Positions 1 to 12,563 of a stretch of DNA of 64,000 nucleotides are shown here, piece after piece; within the stretch, counting starts at the first letter, position 1, and every line of letters starts with the position of its first letter. The stretch spans positions 39,060,001 through 39,124,000 of the forward strand of contig OX597821.1 in the NCBI GenBank assembly GCA_951406725.2, given 5' to 3'. The stretch is from Octopus vulgaris. Lineage: Eukaryota. The notes under the pieces were generated by a model, which did not search any database, was not told the DNA's origin, and saw nothing but the letters and a program-made list of their open reading frames with translations. Position numbers and translations under genes: made by a program.

Positions 1-119
1 GGTTTTGCTATTCTGTGTTTCAGGTACCCAGGTGTGGGTGGAAAAAGACTGACTTGATTAAAATAAAAATATTATTAATCTCCACTATGGCATCTAATAT
101 TGTTTCTTCCAACAGTCAG

Positions 120-195
120 CACTATATATATTCCTACACATACACCTGCATACACACATATATACCCATATATATACCCATGTATATATACACTC

Positions 196-228
<33 letters not shown>

Positions 229-345
229 TATACCTATATATACATGATCATAGATATATGTGTGAGCATGTGCATATGTATATGCATGTATGTATGTATG
301 CACACAGTATGCAAAAATATTTACATGTGTATATATTCATTATTC
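120..345. repeat. (TA)n/(CA)n/(TATG)n compound microsatellite
   Basis: Direct reading; explains the low-complexity Y/I/H/T ORFs here. Confidence 0.9.
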
Positions 346-699
346 ATATCTAAATATATACCCAAGTAGAAGTCTCTTTATTATGTATTTATGCGAGTAT
401 GAACATATTAAAAGAAATAAAAATAATACCACAAACACACAAAACAAACAAATTCTGCAAGGTAAGTGGTATTTTGTTGAGTTCAGCGAAAATGTTCTCA
501 CAAATCATAACTAGAGAAATAAAATTTTCAGACAAAAGCTGTAAATTTCCATAGCGTATATGACAGATAACCATAAAGAAGCTAGTTACACCCATTCCAG
601 TAAATGTGGTTCTCTGGGAGAGAAATATTATGCCTCGGAAAGATGTTAATGAAAGATCTCTGGGCAATATTTTGCTACAGTTATTACTGTTCTATTCTT

Positions 700-724
700 A
701 TATATACATGTGTATGTATGTATG

Positions 725-796
<72 letters not shown>

Positions 797-960
797 TGTG
801 CACAATTCTATACAGAGAATACTTGATTCTCATCTATGAATTATATATATATATATATATATATGAATTATATATATATATATACACACATGCATACACA
901 CACACATATATACATGTATATATACACACACATACATCTGTATGTGTGTTTGCATTTATG
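700..960. repeat. (TA)n-(CA)n compound microsatellite
   Basis: Long pure TA run followed by CA run. Confidence 0.95.
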
Positions 961-1536
961 TCTGTCTCTTTTTTTTAAATAACTTTGAAATGTTGAAGGA
1001 GGTTACATAAGATTGAAATCAATAACGCTAATGTATGATATTTATTATTATCGGTAATTGATTGATTATTAAAATGTTGTTTTTCATTTTGATTTTCAAA
1101 TGAGGAAAGAAATCATTGATGGAAATTTGAAATGCAAACATTTATGGCTGCTGAGTTCGACTGGGTTATTCTACCCAAAGAAAGATACTTATGTGACTAT
1201 TCCTCTAAATATATAGAATTATCTTTTAAAACAGAATGAAATCATTGAAATCATAATAGTTTTTTTTTATGCCAGAAGAAAATGGGATGTTGCAATCTTC
1301 AGACCATTTTTTTTTTTTTTTGAAGGGCTTTAATCTAAGTTCTATGATGTTGTATTCAATCAGAAATGACTGAAAAGAAATCACCATGAAAAGCTATAAA
1401 ATGTAAGCTTATCTCTTGCTTAGCAGTATTTACCAGACATTATATCATTGACTACTCACACTTTATAATATTTAAATTTATTTCAGCATTTCTGATTCAT
1501 GTTGCATTATGACTAAACTGTATATTGGTTACTTGT

Positions 1537-1858
1537 GAAGGTGCATAGTTTAGTGGTTAGGGCGTTTGGCTCGTGATTGTAAGGTCATAAGTTCAATACC
1601 CAGGGACATGTGTCTTTGAGCAAGACACTTTATTTCATCTGGCTCTAGTCCACTCAGCTGGCAAAAATGAGTTGTACCTGTAATTTCGAAGGGGGGGGGG
1701 CAGCCTTGTCATGTTCTGTGTCATGCTGAATCTCCCTGAGAACTGAATTAATGGCATGCATGTCTGTGGAGTTCTCAACCACTTGTATGTTAATTGCATG
1801 AGCATGCTTTTCTATTGATCAACTGGAACCCTCGTGATTGTAATCAGTGGACTGCCAG
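1537..1858 (+). mobile_element. tRNA-derived SINE, family C
   Basis: A-box-like TAGTTTAGTGGTTAGG and B-box-like AGTTCAATACC, then GTCTTTGAGCAAGACACTT...GCTGGCAAAAATGAGT; head homologous to 45305-45467 (-). Confidence 0.75.
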
Positions 1859-3283
1859 TTATATTGATCAGTAAATACTTTTCCAAATGGTTGGAGATGT
1901 CTTAATTGAAATGATGAGTCAACATGAAAAGGGGGCACATAGGACCATGAAGATGTTAATGTACAAAACAATGTGATGCTGACAACTTGAATGTCTATTA
2001 ATCATAACTCTACTCATGGTTGTCCTGGGGCTAAACAATAACAGCAGTAATGTCTGTCCTGTTAATATCCTTGTATTGTACCTCTGTTTAAAGCATTTCG
2101 TTCTCAATAGCTTAGCAGCTTATTTTGTTATTGTAACACAGTTGATAGTGGCAACATTGTAGAATTGGTGAAGGAAAGAAGTGTTTTGCTATTTTGTGGA
2201 GTTGGTCTCAGATCTTCTGTTGCTATAATTTCTATAATACTGTCATGTCTTCCCTACTACAATATATTAGCTTCTATAATATCCTGTATCAAGTAGATTT
2301 GCCAGGAATTCAGTTTGCTTGTCATTTTTATCTAGTTAGCACTGTATATCTGGGCTGAACTGGAGCTAAACAAATACTGTACAGTCAGTTCCATTAAGGT
2401 GGAACTGGAAGGAGTTAAACAACATTGCGCTCTTCAATGTTTTTGTGAATAGAATTTACTGGATGAGAGCTGTGCAAAAGCCTGTTGTGTGTGCGTGTAT
2501 CTTCCCTCAGTTTTTATCAGCATAAGAGTAAAATATCAGGGGCCAAATCTAAACAAACTAAAAACGATGATTTAAAAATGAAGTTTGTGACATATGGTTG
2601 GACCCTCACCTGTCACTCTTGCTGCCAAAAATGCAATAAATATGTCACTGGAAACCAGTAAGCAACAATGTTGATGTTCACAAGTTGCAATATAAAATAA
2701 AATAATTGGTACTATTTATCACATCTGAGTGAATTGAATACTAATATATTTAATTAAGCTGATGAGGCTATTGTCACCATGGCTTTCACAACTATTGCTG
2801 TAGTCATTTATTATTGTTATCAAGATATTAAGATATGCTCAACTGTAGCAATTACACTGTTAGTTTATTTCAGTGTCTCCACCTGCTAATTATTGTAGTC
2901 TGATATTTAGAGATCCTCATTTGATCAACTGCCTACTTAGAGAAATCAGAACTATAAAAGGGACCTCCAAGGAAGCATTAAAAAAGAAATCATTGGATTA
3001 ACTCCTGACGATGATACTGGACCAGCCAGCCATTCAACGCTAAACTCAGGAAAGATCTGCTGCCACAGATTCAGTTCTAGGCCAACTTCCAGTCATAAGG
3101 CAATAACAAAGCTGAAAGAGAATAAATTAAGGTGGTGCTCCAGCATGGCTACAATCCTATGACTGAAACCATTATAAGAATAAAGAATTCCCTGCACCAC
3201 TGCCACCACCGCCTACAAGTTGCTGTTGTTTACAGTTTATTTATTGTCTCCCTGTAACTTGTTTGTCAATGTTCATAATTCTT

Positions 3284-3502
3284 AAGGGGATGAGATGGCA
3301 GAATCGTTAGCCTGTCAGGCAAAATGCTGAGTGACATTTTGTCTGTCTTTATGTTCTGAGTTCAAATCTCGCTGAGGTCAGTTTTGTTTTTCATCCTTTC
3401 AGGGACAATAGAATAAGTACCAAGTGAGTACCAAAGTTGATATAATCGATTTAACTCCCCACCAGAACAAAAAATTGCTGGCCTTGTGCCAAAATTTGAA
3501 AC
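3284..3502 (+). mobile_element. tRNA-derived SINE, family A, with 14-bp TSD
   Basis: TGGCAGAATCGTTAG A-box, GAGTTCAAATCT B-box, TTTCATCCTTTC..GTACC core; TSD CAATGTTCATAATT at 3267-3280 and 3503-3516. Confidence 0.9.
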
Positions 3503-3533
3503 CAATGTTCATAATTATCACACAGCCACTCCT

Positions 3534-3940
3534 AGGCATAGGAGTGGCTGTGTGGTAAGTAGCTTGCTTACCAACCACATAGTTCCGGGTTCAGTCCCAT
3601 TGTGTGGCACCTTGGGCAAGTGTCTTCTACTATAGGCTCAGGCCGATCAAAGCCTTGTGAGTGGATTTGGTAGACGGAAACTGAAAGAAGTCCGTCGTAT
3701 ATATGTAAATGTATATATGTGAGTGTATGTGTGTATATGTTTGCATGTCTCTGTTTGTCACCCCAACATTGCCTGACAACCGATGCTGGTGTGTTTATGT
3801 CCCTGTAACTTAGTTGTTTGGCCAAGGAGACCAATAGAATAAGTACTAGGCTTACAAAGAATAAGTTCTGGGGTTGATTTGCTCGACTAAAGGCGGTGCT
3901 CCAGCATGGCCACAGTCAAATGACTGAGACAAGTAAAAGC
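3534..3940 (+). mobile_element. tRNA-derived SINE, family B, full length
   Basis: TGGCTGTGTGG A-box, GGTTCAGTCCC B-box, CORE-like CACCTTGGGCAAGT, internal TA/TG tract, 3' GGTGCTCCAGCATGGCC; homologues at 16300, 37350, 54955. Confidence 0.9.
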
Positions 3941-4627
3941 ACAAGAACACCCCAACTCTTTTGTCAACTCAAGTACTCCACAATGGTTTATTTGAACAGA
4001 TCAGTTCTATTTGAGTAGATCTATGGTCAGTATCCACTCTGCCATGACCACCCTATCAGATACAGTCTATCTAAGACTTCATTAAATAATGCATCCCTAT
4101 TTTACAAAATGGCAAGTCATGACTTTCTGAAGGATCTCAAGCAATTGAGTAAAGGTTTCCTTTAATGGTGGTGGTGGTGGGTGTGGTAGAGGTAGTGAGT
4201 TGAAAAATAAGTACTGCCCTCCCAATATTCCAAGTTCAAATTCCATTCTAAACTAAATTTATATCTGAGAGCTTCATTTGGTCACTACATCTCTGACCAC
4301 CAAAAGTAATCTTACTTAGTGTCGACAAATTTCTCTGAGAAACTCTGCCTCTAAGACGACTAACCACTTGTTACAAGCAGTTTATTTATTATAGTTTCAA
4401 ATGGAATCACTTAATATACCTCAAGAATATCAATGATAATTTGATATCAAGCTTGGTAATATTTCTGCTAAGAACAGAGAAACCCCAAACTGGAAGGTGC
4501 TCCACTTCCTGGAAGTTAAGCGAAATACAGCAAAGAAACGTAGCTCCTTGGGAGCTGCAGTGTCATTGCTGTTGTTGTCATCAACATCACTGTAGGTGTT
4601 GTCACTGTCACCACCACCACCACCACC

Positions 4628-5043
4628 TATTTCTTTATTGGCCACAGGGGGCTAAACACAGAGAGGACAAACAAGGACAGACAAACGGATAAAGTTGATT
4701 ATATTGACCCCAGTATGTAACTGGTACTTATTTAATCGAGCCCAAAAGGATGAAAGGCAAAGTCGACCTCGGTGGAATTTGAACTCAGAAGATACAGACA
4801 GATGAAATACCTATTTCTTTACTACTCACAAGAGGTCAAACACAGAGAGAACAAACAAGGGCAGACAAACGGATTAAGTCGATTATATTGACCCCAGTGC
4901 ATAACTAGTACTTATTTAATCGACCCTGAAAGGATGAAAGGTAAAGTCGACCTTGGCGGAATTTGAACTCAGAACGTAGCAGCAGACGAAATACTGCAAA
5001 GCATTTCACCCGACATGCTAACGTTTCTACCAGCTCGCCATCT
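4628..5043 (-). mobile_element. SINE family A, tandem dimer form
   Basis: Reverse complement of GGCGAGCTGG..GAAACGTTAGC head at about 5040; B-box/core segment present twice (about 4628-4810 and 4812-5043). Confidence 0.9.
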
Positions 5044-5381
5044 TAGAAATGTTTCTATATTGTGAGAGGCAAGATTCTCTGCTACTCCATCATGCACACT
5101 GTACAACTGTTGACCTGTTGACTGTTTGACAGCATATTCTACTCTCTTGCTTGAACAAGCACTGATATTTCAGGTAGATATTAACTAACCTCCAAATAGA
5201 CTGTTTCATCAGGTTTTACTTTAAAAAAATTATCAGATCCCACAAAAACTTTTTGGTCAAACTCACCTGGATTCACATCAGGCTCTTTGATATGAATCTT
5301 CTTATATAGTGTTCATATTTATCTGAAGCCATTTTTGTTGTGTTCCAAATACCAAATTGATGATAACGAGATATTTTCACA

Positions 5382-5610
5382 ATTAACCATTTTAATAGCA
5401 GGTCACCTGAGAATGTTTCTGCTTCTACGATACAAGTTCCCTGTGTTAAACTGATCTAAATTAAAACCTTCCACAAAAATTTCATGTTAATTTATGTTCA
5501 AAATACCATCCTTAATAATGCCAAAATGAGTTTAATATAAATTTTATTATTTTCAAAATTTACTGAAACAGAGGTAGCACATTTCAGCAGAAGTATGGTA
5601 ATGGAAGGAA
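5382..5610. mobile_element. Probable piggyBac-type non-autonomous element (MITE), degraded
   Basis: Starts TTAA-CC; far end TGGTAATGGAAGG weakly inverts the start; body resembles a common octopus repeat (recalled, not searched). Confidence 0.35.
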
Positions 5611-5698
5611 CACATACATAATGAAGTTCGTTACTGATATGATGAAATGGATAAGGAATCGGAAGAATGGTAATGATGGTGGTGGTGGTGGTGGTGAC

Positions 5699-6078
5699 AA
5701 GGCGGCGAACTGGCAGAAATGTTAGCAAGCCAGGTGAAATGCTTAGCGGTATTTCGTCTGCTGCTATGTTCTGAGTTCAAATTCTACCGAGGTTGAATTT
5801 GCCTTTCATCCTTTCGGGGTTGATTAAACGAGTACCAGTTATGCCCTGGGGTCAATATAATCAACTTAATCTGTTTGTCTGTCCTTGTTTGTCCTCTCTG
5901 TGTTTAGCCCCTTGTGGGTAGTAAAGAAATAGTTATTTCGTCTGTCTTTATATTCTGAGTTCAAATTCCACTGAGGTCAACTTTGCCTTTCATCCTTTTG
6001 GGATCAATAAATTAAGTACCAGTTGCGTACAGGGGTCGATCAAATCGACTGGCCCTTGTGCCTAGAGTAGAAAAGAAT
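5699..6078 (+). mobile_element. SINE family A, tandem dimer form
   Basis: GGCGGCGAACTGGCAGAAATGTTAGC head; TCTGAGTTCAAATTC..GCCTTTCATCCTTT segment present twice. Confidence 0.9.
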
Positions 6079-8639
6079 ATAGAAACATTTCCCATGGTAC
6101 CAGCAGACAAAAGGGAAGAGGCATTGTCCCAGAGGATAGCAAGAGAAATGCACTAGAACAGCCACTCTGGCTCATGTGACTCACACATGTGGACAGCCAT
6201 CTCTACCCCAATAGCACCGAGCAGGGAATATATGCTGGTATCTCTGTATTGTCAAGGGCCTCACCACAGATGCCATCTTATTCTTCTATTAGACTGTCTT
6301 TCATGAACAACTGGTTGTTTAAGATTGATTTCATACTCACAACACTTCTGAAATACACTTTTAATGAAATGTTTGTAAGCCATCATTTCTGATTCAGACT
6401 TTATTTATGTCTGATGTTAATTGACAGACTTGCCATTCTCTTTCTCTATTTTGATACATTAAACTCATCATACAATAATTGAAGTTAATTATTTTTGTTC
6501 TCATAAATAAAATCAGTGGAACGAATCCTATTATTCCGTATATATTAGAGACAATGTAATGATAACGATACTCGTTAAATTAAATTTGGATTTTTAAACA
6601 CATAAGAAATATTTTCCTGAGTGCAGTTCCTACTTCAATCTTTTGCGGAATTTCACATCAGAAATAATAACTTTAAATTAATGTAATTACATTTCCAGTG
6701 TTAAACCAAAAAAACTAATTTACTTAATGCTAGAGTAGTAGTGTATCAGGAGAGTGGACTTAATTTGTGCAGCTTAGGTTTTTAAATAATGAGATTATGT
6801 ATTTGTCACTTCATATAATATTGTAACTTTTAAGGTTTCTTAGGGTTAACACAAGACAAAGGCTTGTAGAAGATGGATTTACATGGCTCAGATTCAGCAC
6901 ACAATTTATTATGATTGAACTGTTGTCTTCCTGAGTTAATCTTCTAAATATCTGAAACACATCTGGGGCTAATAAATAAAGTATCTGTGCAGGGTAGTGG
7001 ACCAATAGAATTATTTGAGTGTCGAATGAGAAGCTTTGAATTACTTGTTTCAGCTCTTTGTTTTCTGATTTCATATTCCACTGTGGCCTTCTTGAGTGGA
7101 ACATTTGATCTGCTACTTGGTTTCACCTAGGTTGACTCAACAGCGTGTTTCTTGGGTATCTTTAGTAGAACCATCTTGTTGCTGGCCCTGAATTTGAGGA
7201 TATCTCCCCACCCTAACGAACTTAAAGATGATGGAAATATTCATGAGCGTTGCCCTTCCTCCAAAGCAAGCAAAAAATTCAAACTTTCAATAAAATAATA
7301 AATGATGGGATTCTTATAGTCCTTTCACCCCCACCCTCATCCTCAACATGCACATGTTAACTGATCTATAAACATTGAGCCTTCAAATACACACTTGGAT
7401 ACAATAAATATAATTCAATAAAAAGCTACCCATTTTTTAAATTCAGGGTCTCTTTATAACATATACTACAGGTTCCATACTAGTTTAATCGAAGAAGCAT
7501 AGCAATTAGGAAGCTGGCCAATCAATGAAAGAGAATTTTAATAATGTAATATATTATCAGTTGCTGTAATACTTGAGTTTTGTAAGGCTTTGCAAGCTCG
7601 GTTGAAGTTGCTGTGAATAGCTGTGGTAGATAAACACTCTTCTCTCTACATTGAAATCAAATGAGAGGAGAAATAAAAATTTTAGGATAAAGAAAATGAT
7701 TATATTAAATGAATATAAGAGAGAGAGAGAGAAAGAAAGAAAGAAAAATAAATGAATAATTACAATTTTTTTTTCTTTATTTTCCAATTTTCTGCTAAAT
7801 CATGACTCTGGTAATTTCTTACATTTCTGTAATCAGTCACACAATCATATGATGTCACGACATGGTATATCTTGCCCACCCCTCTTCACACACACAACAT
7901 TAGTGACTAACTCTACTACTGTATGCTATTCATTATTATATAAACAAAAGTGTCACATGAACGCTGCACATAATGCCGTAACAAAAATCCTTTTGATGTC
8001 GTGCAAAGCGATGGAGATCAGTATAAGAAGAATATGCTGATAGAGAAAAACTAGAACTCAGTTTATCCGAAACCGTGACGATCTGCTAACCAATCTTGGG
8101 CACAAAATATCACCACAGACATAAGGAAGATGCTCTGGTATTCAGACGCACTTTCTGTTCACAGGGAAAATAAAACTAAAATACTCAGTGTAGGTGAAAC
8201 CATCTTAATAGAATGGGGAATAAATTTTGTTTTATTAAATTCTAAATGCAATATTGACATAAAGGAAGATATATATATATGTACATTATCTAAATGTGGA
8301 AGTATTTATAATATTGTTTAAAATTGTAAACACACATTCTTGCATGTGTGTCTATGCACGGTGCATATAGCTATGTATGTATATACCTCACTTCTGTATA
8401 TACATAGGCACACTCGCATGCCCATGCATCTGTGTATATATACAGAGATATAGTTTTATAATTCAAGCAACTAGGTTATGATAGTAAAACTTTGTATTTT
8501 ACATATTTTGTGCATTTTACAGCAAAAGAACTTGTTTGTTTGATGTTACCTCTTTTTCCTCCTCCCTTCTTTCCTCTTGAAGCAATCAGTATTTTAAAGA
8601 GTAAAACTCTTCTAAAAATATTATTTCAGTGGCATGTGA

Positions 8640-8678
8640 TAAGAGAGAGAGAGAGAGATTGAGGGAGGGAGTAAGGGG

Positions 8679-8716
<38 letters not shown>

Positions 8717-8720
8717 AAGA
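8640..8720. repeat. (GA)n purine tract
   Basis: Direct reading. Confidence 0.9.
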
Positions 8721-9269
8721 GAAATGAAAGACTATGGAGAGTAAGAGAAGTGAAAATAAAGGAAAGATGAAAATAAAATCCATCAAGAGAAATGAAGAAA
8801 AACAATATATCAGGTAGATGTATTGATAGCAACAGAGAAATAACTGTTTGAAGAGGGAAAAAAATTAATATAATTTAAAATAGATAATTTAATATAAAAT
8901 TATATTTTGAACTAAACCTCATGTAAAAAGAACTTATCTTGAGGCTAGTAGTGATTATCCTTTAAGGCCCATGTTCTCTGTGATAAACTAGTGATATGAA
9001 GAGAAGTAATATTGTGTGACAGCTGACTATAAATATACCAACAGCAACAGTTGTCACATATCTATCAATGTGTGTGTGTGTGTATGCATGATTGTATGCT
9101 TGTATGTATAATTGAAGAACAACTTTCTGTTTAGATTTATTGAATTCATAGCTGTGTTCTAGTTTTAGGTTTATTCAAGGACCCCCTCCACTCACCAATT
9201 CTACTTTCCGATATCTTTTTCAGGAGTTGCTTGCATTTTATACCAACTGGTAAAGTTTCTAAATCCTTC

Positions 9270-10356
9270 ATTGGCATTTGTAGGCCTTCAGCCTTTGTGG
9301 TCTCATCTTCAGACCGAAGTGTTGTTGTCATAGATTGCTGTCACATTATAGTAGACATGGCAGATGGGAGTGGTGTATATAAAGAATTTGAATTTTGATC
9401 ATTGGGCTTATGCATCCTCAGTGCCAAAAGAACTCCTTTTTGCACTGGGTGTACATTTTTATCATTGTGGATTGTTTTAATCATTAATCACCCAATTTTC
9501 ATAACGGATTCTGGATTGTAAGGATGTGTTATCCACTTATGTTTTCCAGTCTAGCTTATTTCGGTGTTGTATTGTTTAATACATTGAAATTGTACCTTGT
9601 GAGGAGAGTATGGTGAGTCAGAAGGAGAGTAACCTACTTATTTGACCAATATAGCAATTGTAGTTTACAACTTTTACATTTGTTATTGAATTTATTAATC
9701 AAATCGTTCTTTAGCAGTTTGTTCGCAGACATATGTAATTTTAGCATGTTTTTGATAAAATTTTAATGTTTTTTTAAAAATTATTTTAGTGTCAGTTTAC
9801 CAGTATTGGGTGTAATACATCTTATGCCCTGTTTTACAAAGATTTTTCGTATATTCAGCTATTCTACATTTGCTGTGCATTATACAATTCATAGAAGGCA
9901 TTCTATGTGGTTTGTGTCTGATAAGGGTGGTTTATTTCTTTCTGTATTTTTCTATGGCTTAATCTGTTTGTTAAACTATCCAACATTAATTAGTGGTTGT
10001 TTTATTCCATGGATATCTTTATGAAGTTCTTTGTTTAGAGCAGAAAAATCTCAAGGCTCTTTTAAGTAAGGATTTACATTCAATAGTTTATATCAGAGCC
10101 TTCACTGATATACATTCTCCTCAATGTATATTCGTTTTATATCCGGGTATTCACTGTCTCCTGTTATGTGTATATGTATTTATGTCTTTCATGTGAATAA
10201 ATGTGATGTCTGTTTTTTTTTATTTCTGAATCCCTAAGAACAAACACTCCTCTGTATTTCTCAGCTTGTTGAATTTTGGTGTGGAATTGAAACCTTGGTT
10301 TCCTTTTAATTTTATTGACATCTTCCGTGTTCTTTACTTGAGTATATCACCCATAT
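9270..10356 (-). pseudogene. Degenerate Penelope-like retroelement (RT C-terminal half plus GIY-YIG endonuclease)
   Basis: Minus-strand motifs in the correct order despite stops and frameshifts: MGDIL (YVDD-like, about 10350), CLFLGI (LPFLD-like, about 10240), KSLLKRALRF..CSKQ..ELHKDIHGIKQPLINVG (thumb, about 10070-9980), CKSC..CYIGQISRLL (GIY-YIG, about 9680-9628). Confidence 0.65.
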
Positions 10357-10386
10357 GCATCATATATATATATATATATATATATA

Positions 10387-10620
10387 TCACCATCATCAAC
10401 CTTTAACATCCGTTTTCCATGCTGGTATGGGTTGGATGGTTTGACTGTAGCTGGCAACTGGAACGCTGTGTCAGGTTCCAATCTGGTTTGGCCTAGTTTC
10501 TATGGCTGGATGTCCTTCCTAACACCAACCACTTTACAGTGTGTGATGGTTTCTTTTAATGTACCACTGGCATGAGTGTTGTTGTGTGGCACCAGCATGA
10601 ATGCTTTTTATGTGACACCA
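10387..10620 (-). mobile_element. RTE LINE 3' end fragment
   Basis: (CAT)n then TTTAACATCCGTTTTCCATGCTGGTATGGGTTGGA; matches the 3' UTR of the RTE at 46805-48450. Confidence 0.85.
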
Positions 10621-10843
10621 TCTCTAAGCAAAAATAGTAGAAAACAATTTATAAATACTTTATAAAGTGCAAAATTAGTTAGAATGAAGAAATAGATGTG
10701 TCAGCTTTCTAGCAAAAAAATAAAGATTGTCAAAATGTAATGATAGCACAAAATGAGCAGCTGTCAAAGTTTGCCATATACCTTACTAAAAATTTCATAC
10801 TTGATGACCTAATATGTATATATATATATATACATCATCATAA

Positions 10844-11074
10844 AGGCGGCGAGCTGGCAGAACTGTTAGCATGCCGGGCGAAATGCATAGCCGTATTTCG
10901 TCTGCCGTTACGTTCTGAGTTCAAATTCCGCCGAGGTTGACTTTGCCTTTCATCCTTTCGGGGTCGATAAATTAAGTACCAGTTACACACAGGGGTCGAT
11001 GTAATCGACTTAATCCCTTTGTCTGTCCTTGTTTTTCCCCTCTGCGTTTAGCCCCTTGTGGATAGTAAAGAAAT
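10844..11074 (+). mobile_element. SINE family A, well preserved monomer
   Basis: GGCGGCGAGCTGGCAGAA..GAGTTCAAATTCCGCC..GCCTTTCATCCTTTCGGGGTCGATAAATTAAGTACCAG; CpGs retained, so likely young. Confidence 0.95.
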
Positions 11075-11079
11075 ATATA

Positions 11080-11440
11080 TCATCATTGTCTGTTTTCCTT
11101 GCTGGGTATGGGTTGGACACAATTTGATTACAACTGTTAAGCTGGAGAGCTGCACCGAATTCCAGTCTGGCTCAGGATGGTTTCTATGGCTGGATGGGTG
11201 CTTTTAACATGGCACAGGTGCTGGTCACATGACGCTGGCATCAGCCACAACTAGGATTTCACTTGGCTTGGTGAGTCTTCTCAAGCACAGCATATCACCA
11301 AAGGTTTTGATCACTTGCCATCAACTCTGTAAGGCCCAAAGTTCAAAGACCATGCTTCACTATCTCATTTCCTGTCTTCCCTCCACAGAGATCAGCACTT
11401 CTTTACACAGCTGTCCTCATCCATATGCATCACATACAAT
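11080..11440 (-). mobile_element. RTE LINE 3' fragment
   Basis: Same 3' UTR motif plus remnant of the RT C-terminal region (CCATGCTTCACTATCTC, compare 47390). Confidence 0.75.
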
Positions 11441-12005
11441 TGACCTTTCATCTTCTTCCATAGCCTGACGCTGTTCTCAGCCTCACCAAATTTTCTAGAC
11501 ACTTCACAGCTATTTGATCCAACAAATTCTGAGATTGAGTTTCAATTTTGCCCAGTAGGCATTGCATCTCTTTTTTTCTCTCCACACTTATGAATTTGTT
11601 AACCATATTTACAAAGGTGCTGCTAAAGTCTGTTTTCTTAACAACTTTCACTTGTCAATAATGTAATTTTCAAGTCTGAAACTTTCATAGTTTAAATTAA
11701 TTACTTTTTGAAAATGAAATACACCAGCCATGCACCAGCAGTATGCTAATGGAATTAACAATTGCTGTTGCATGTAATTGCTATACATAAAGGTGATCCA
11801 GAGCTTTAGGCAATGTAGCTTATACATTAGCAGTAAGAGATCTCCGGAATGATGCTTCCAAAATCTTCATCTTTGCAAGTTTTTTTATCTTGTTTATTTT
11901 TTATATACAATTGACATTGATACTTTTTTTAAGTTTCTCACATTATAAATAGTATATATACATATGACTTATACATACAAACAGATACTCACATATATAA
12001 ATGTA

Positions 12006-12061
<56 letters not shown>

Positions 12062-12127
12062 TGTGTATATTTATATGTATGGGAAAAAGTCAGGATAGAA
12101 AATGCTAAAATAATTTTATAAAAAACC

Positions 12128-12170
12128 TTTCAGTACCGGTTTCAGTCATTGACACTTTTTCAACTATAAA
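12128..12170 (-). ncRNA. Minimal hammerhead ribozyme motif, U3-A8 core variant
   Basis: Minus strand: uuuauag-UUGAAAA-AGU(gucaaug)ACU-GAAA-CCGG-UA-cugaaa; palindromic stem III ACCGGU, GUA cleavage triplet, short stem I. Confidence 0.55.
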
Positions 12171-12284
12171 TATGGAAAACAAACTTTGGAAAAATTAAAA
12201 GAAAAGTTTTTTAAAAGAATATTTGCATAGTATTCAAATACAAGGGGCATTTTCCTTGTTTCTGCCTATCTCTCACCTGGAGGT

Positions 12285-12552
12285 AATGATAAATGGCCAA
12301 AACATTTGGCAATACGCTGTGTTTAAGAAGGAGGACCATCAAGCTAAGCGAAATTGTAGTCATGGCAGATACTGGTGACATGCAAATGGCACCCATGCCA
12401 GTGGCACATAAAAGCACCCAGCACACTGTAAAGGGGTTGGCATTAAGCAGGGCATCTAACCATAGAAACCATGCCATATCAGACTGGAGCCAGGTGCAGC
12501 CCCTCAGCTTACCAGCCCTAGTTAAACCTTCCTGCAGGCATTAAATGATGTT
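12285..12552 (+). mobile_element. RTE LINE 3' fragment
   Basis: GTGGCACATAAAAGCACCC..GGGCATC..GGTGCAGCC..TTAAATGATG tail. Confidence 0.8.
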
Positions 12553-12563
12553 TATAATATATA

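Noticed and set aside
1-470. Splice-like signals (TGTTTCAG/GTACCCAG/GTGTGG at 16-37; CAAG/GTAAGT at about 460)
   Set aside because: No supporting reading frame; cannot be told from background without RNA-seq.
3541-3610. tRNA-like A/B boxes as tRNA genes (also 1540 and 10844)
   Set aside because: They continue into multi-copy SINE bodies and lack a full cloverleaf.
6811-7270. Coding-looking segment with overlapping minus-strand ORFs
   Set aside because: Interrupted by stops, no recognisable domain or splice structure.
7850-8110. Possible promoter (TGATGTCA, TATATAAA, a few CpGs)
   Set aside because: Short motifs expected by chance in AT-rich DNA; no downstream gene identified.
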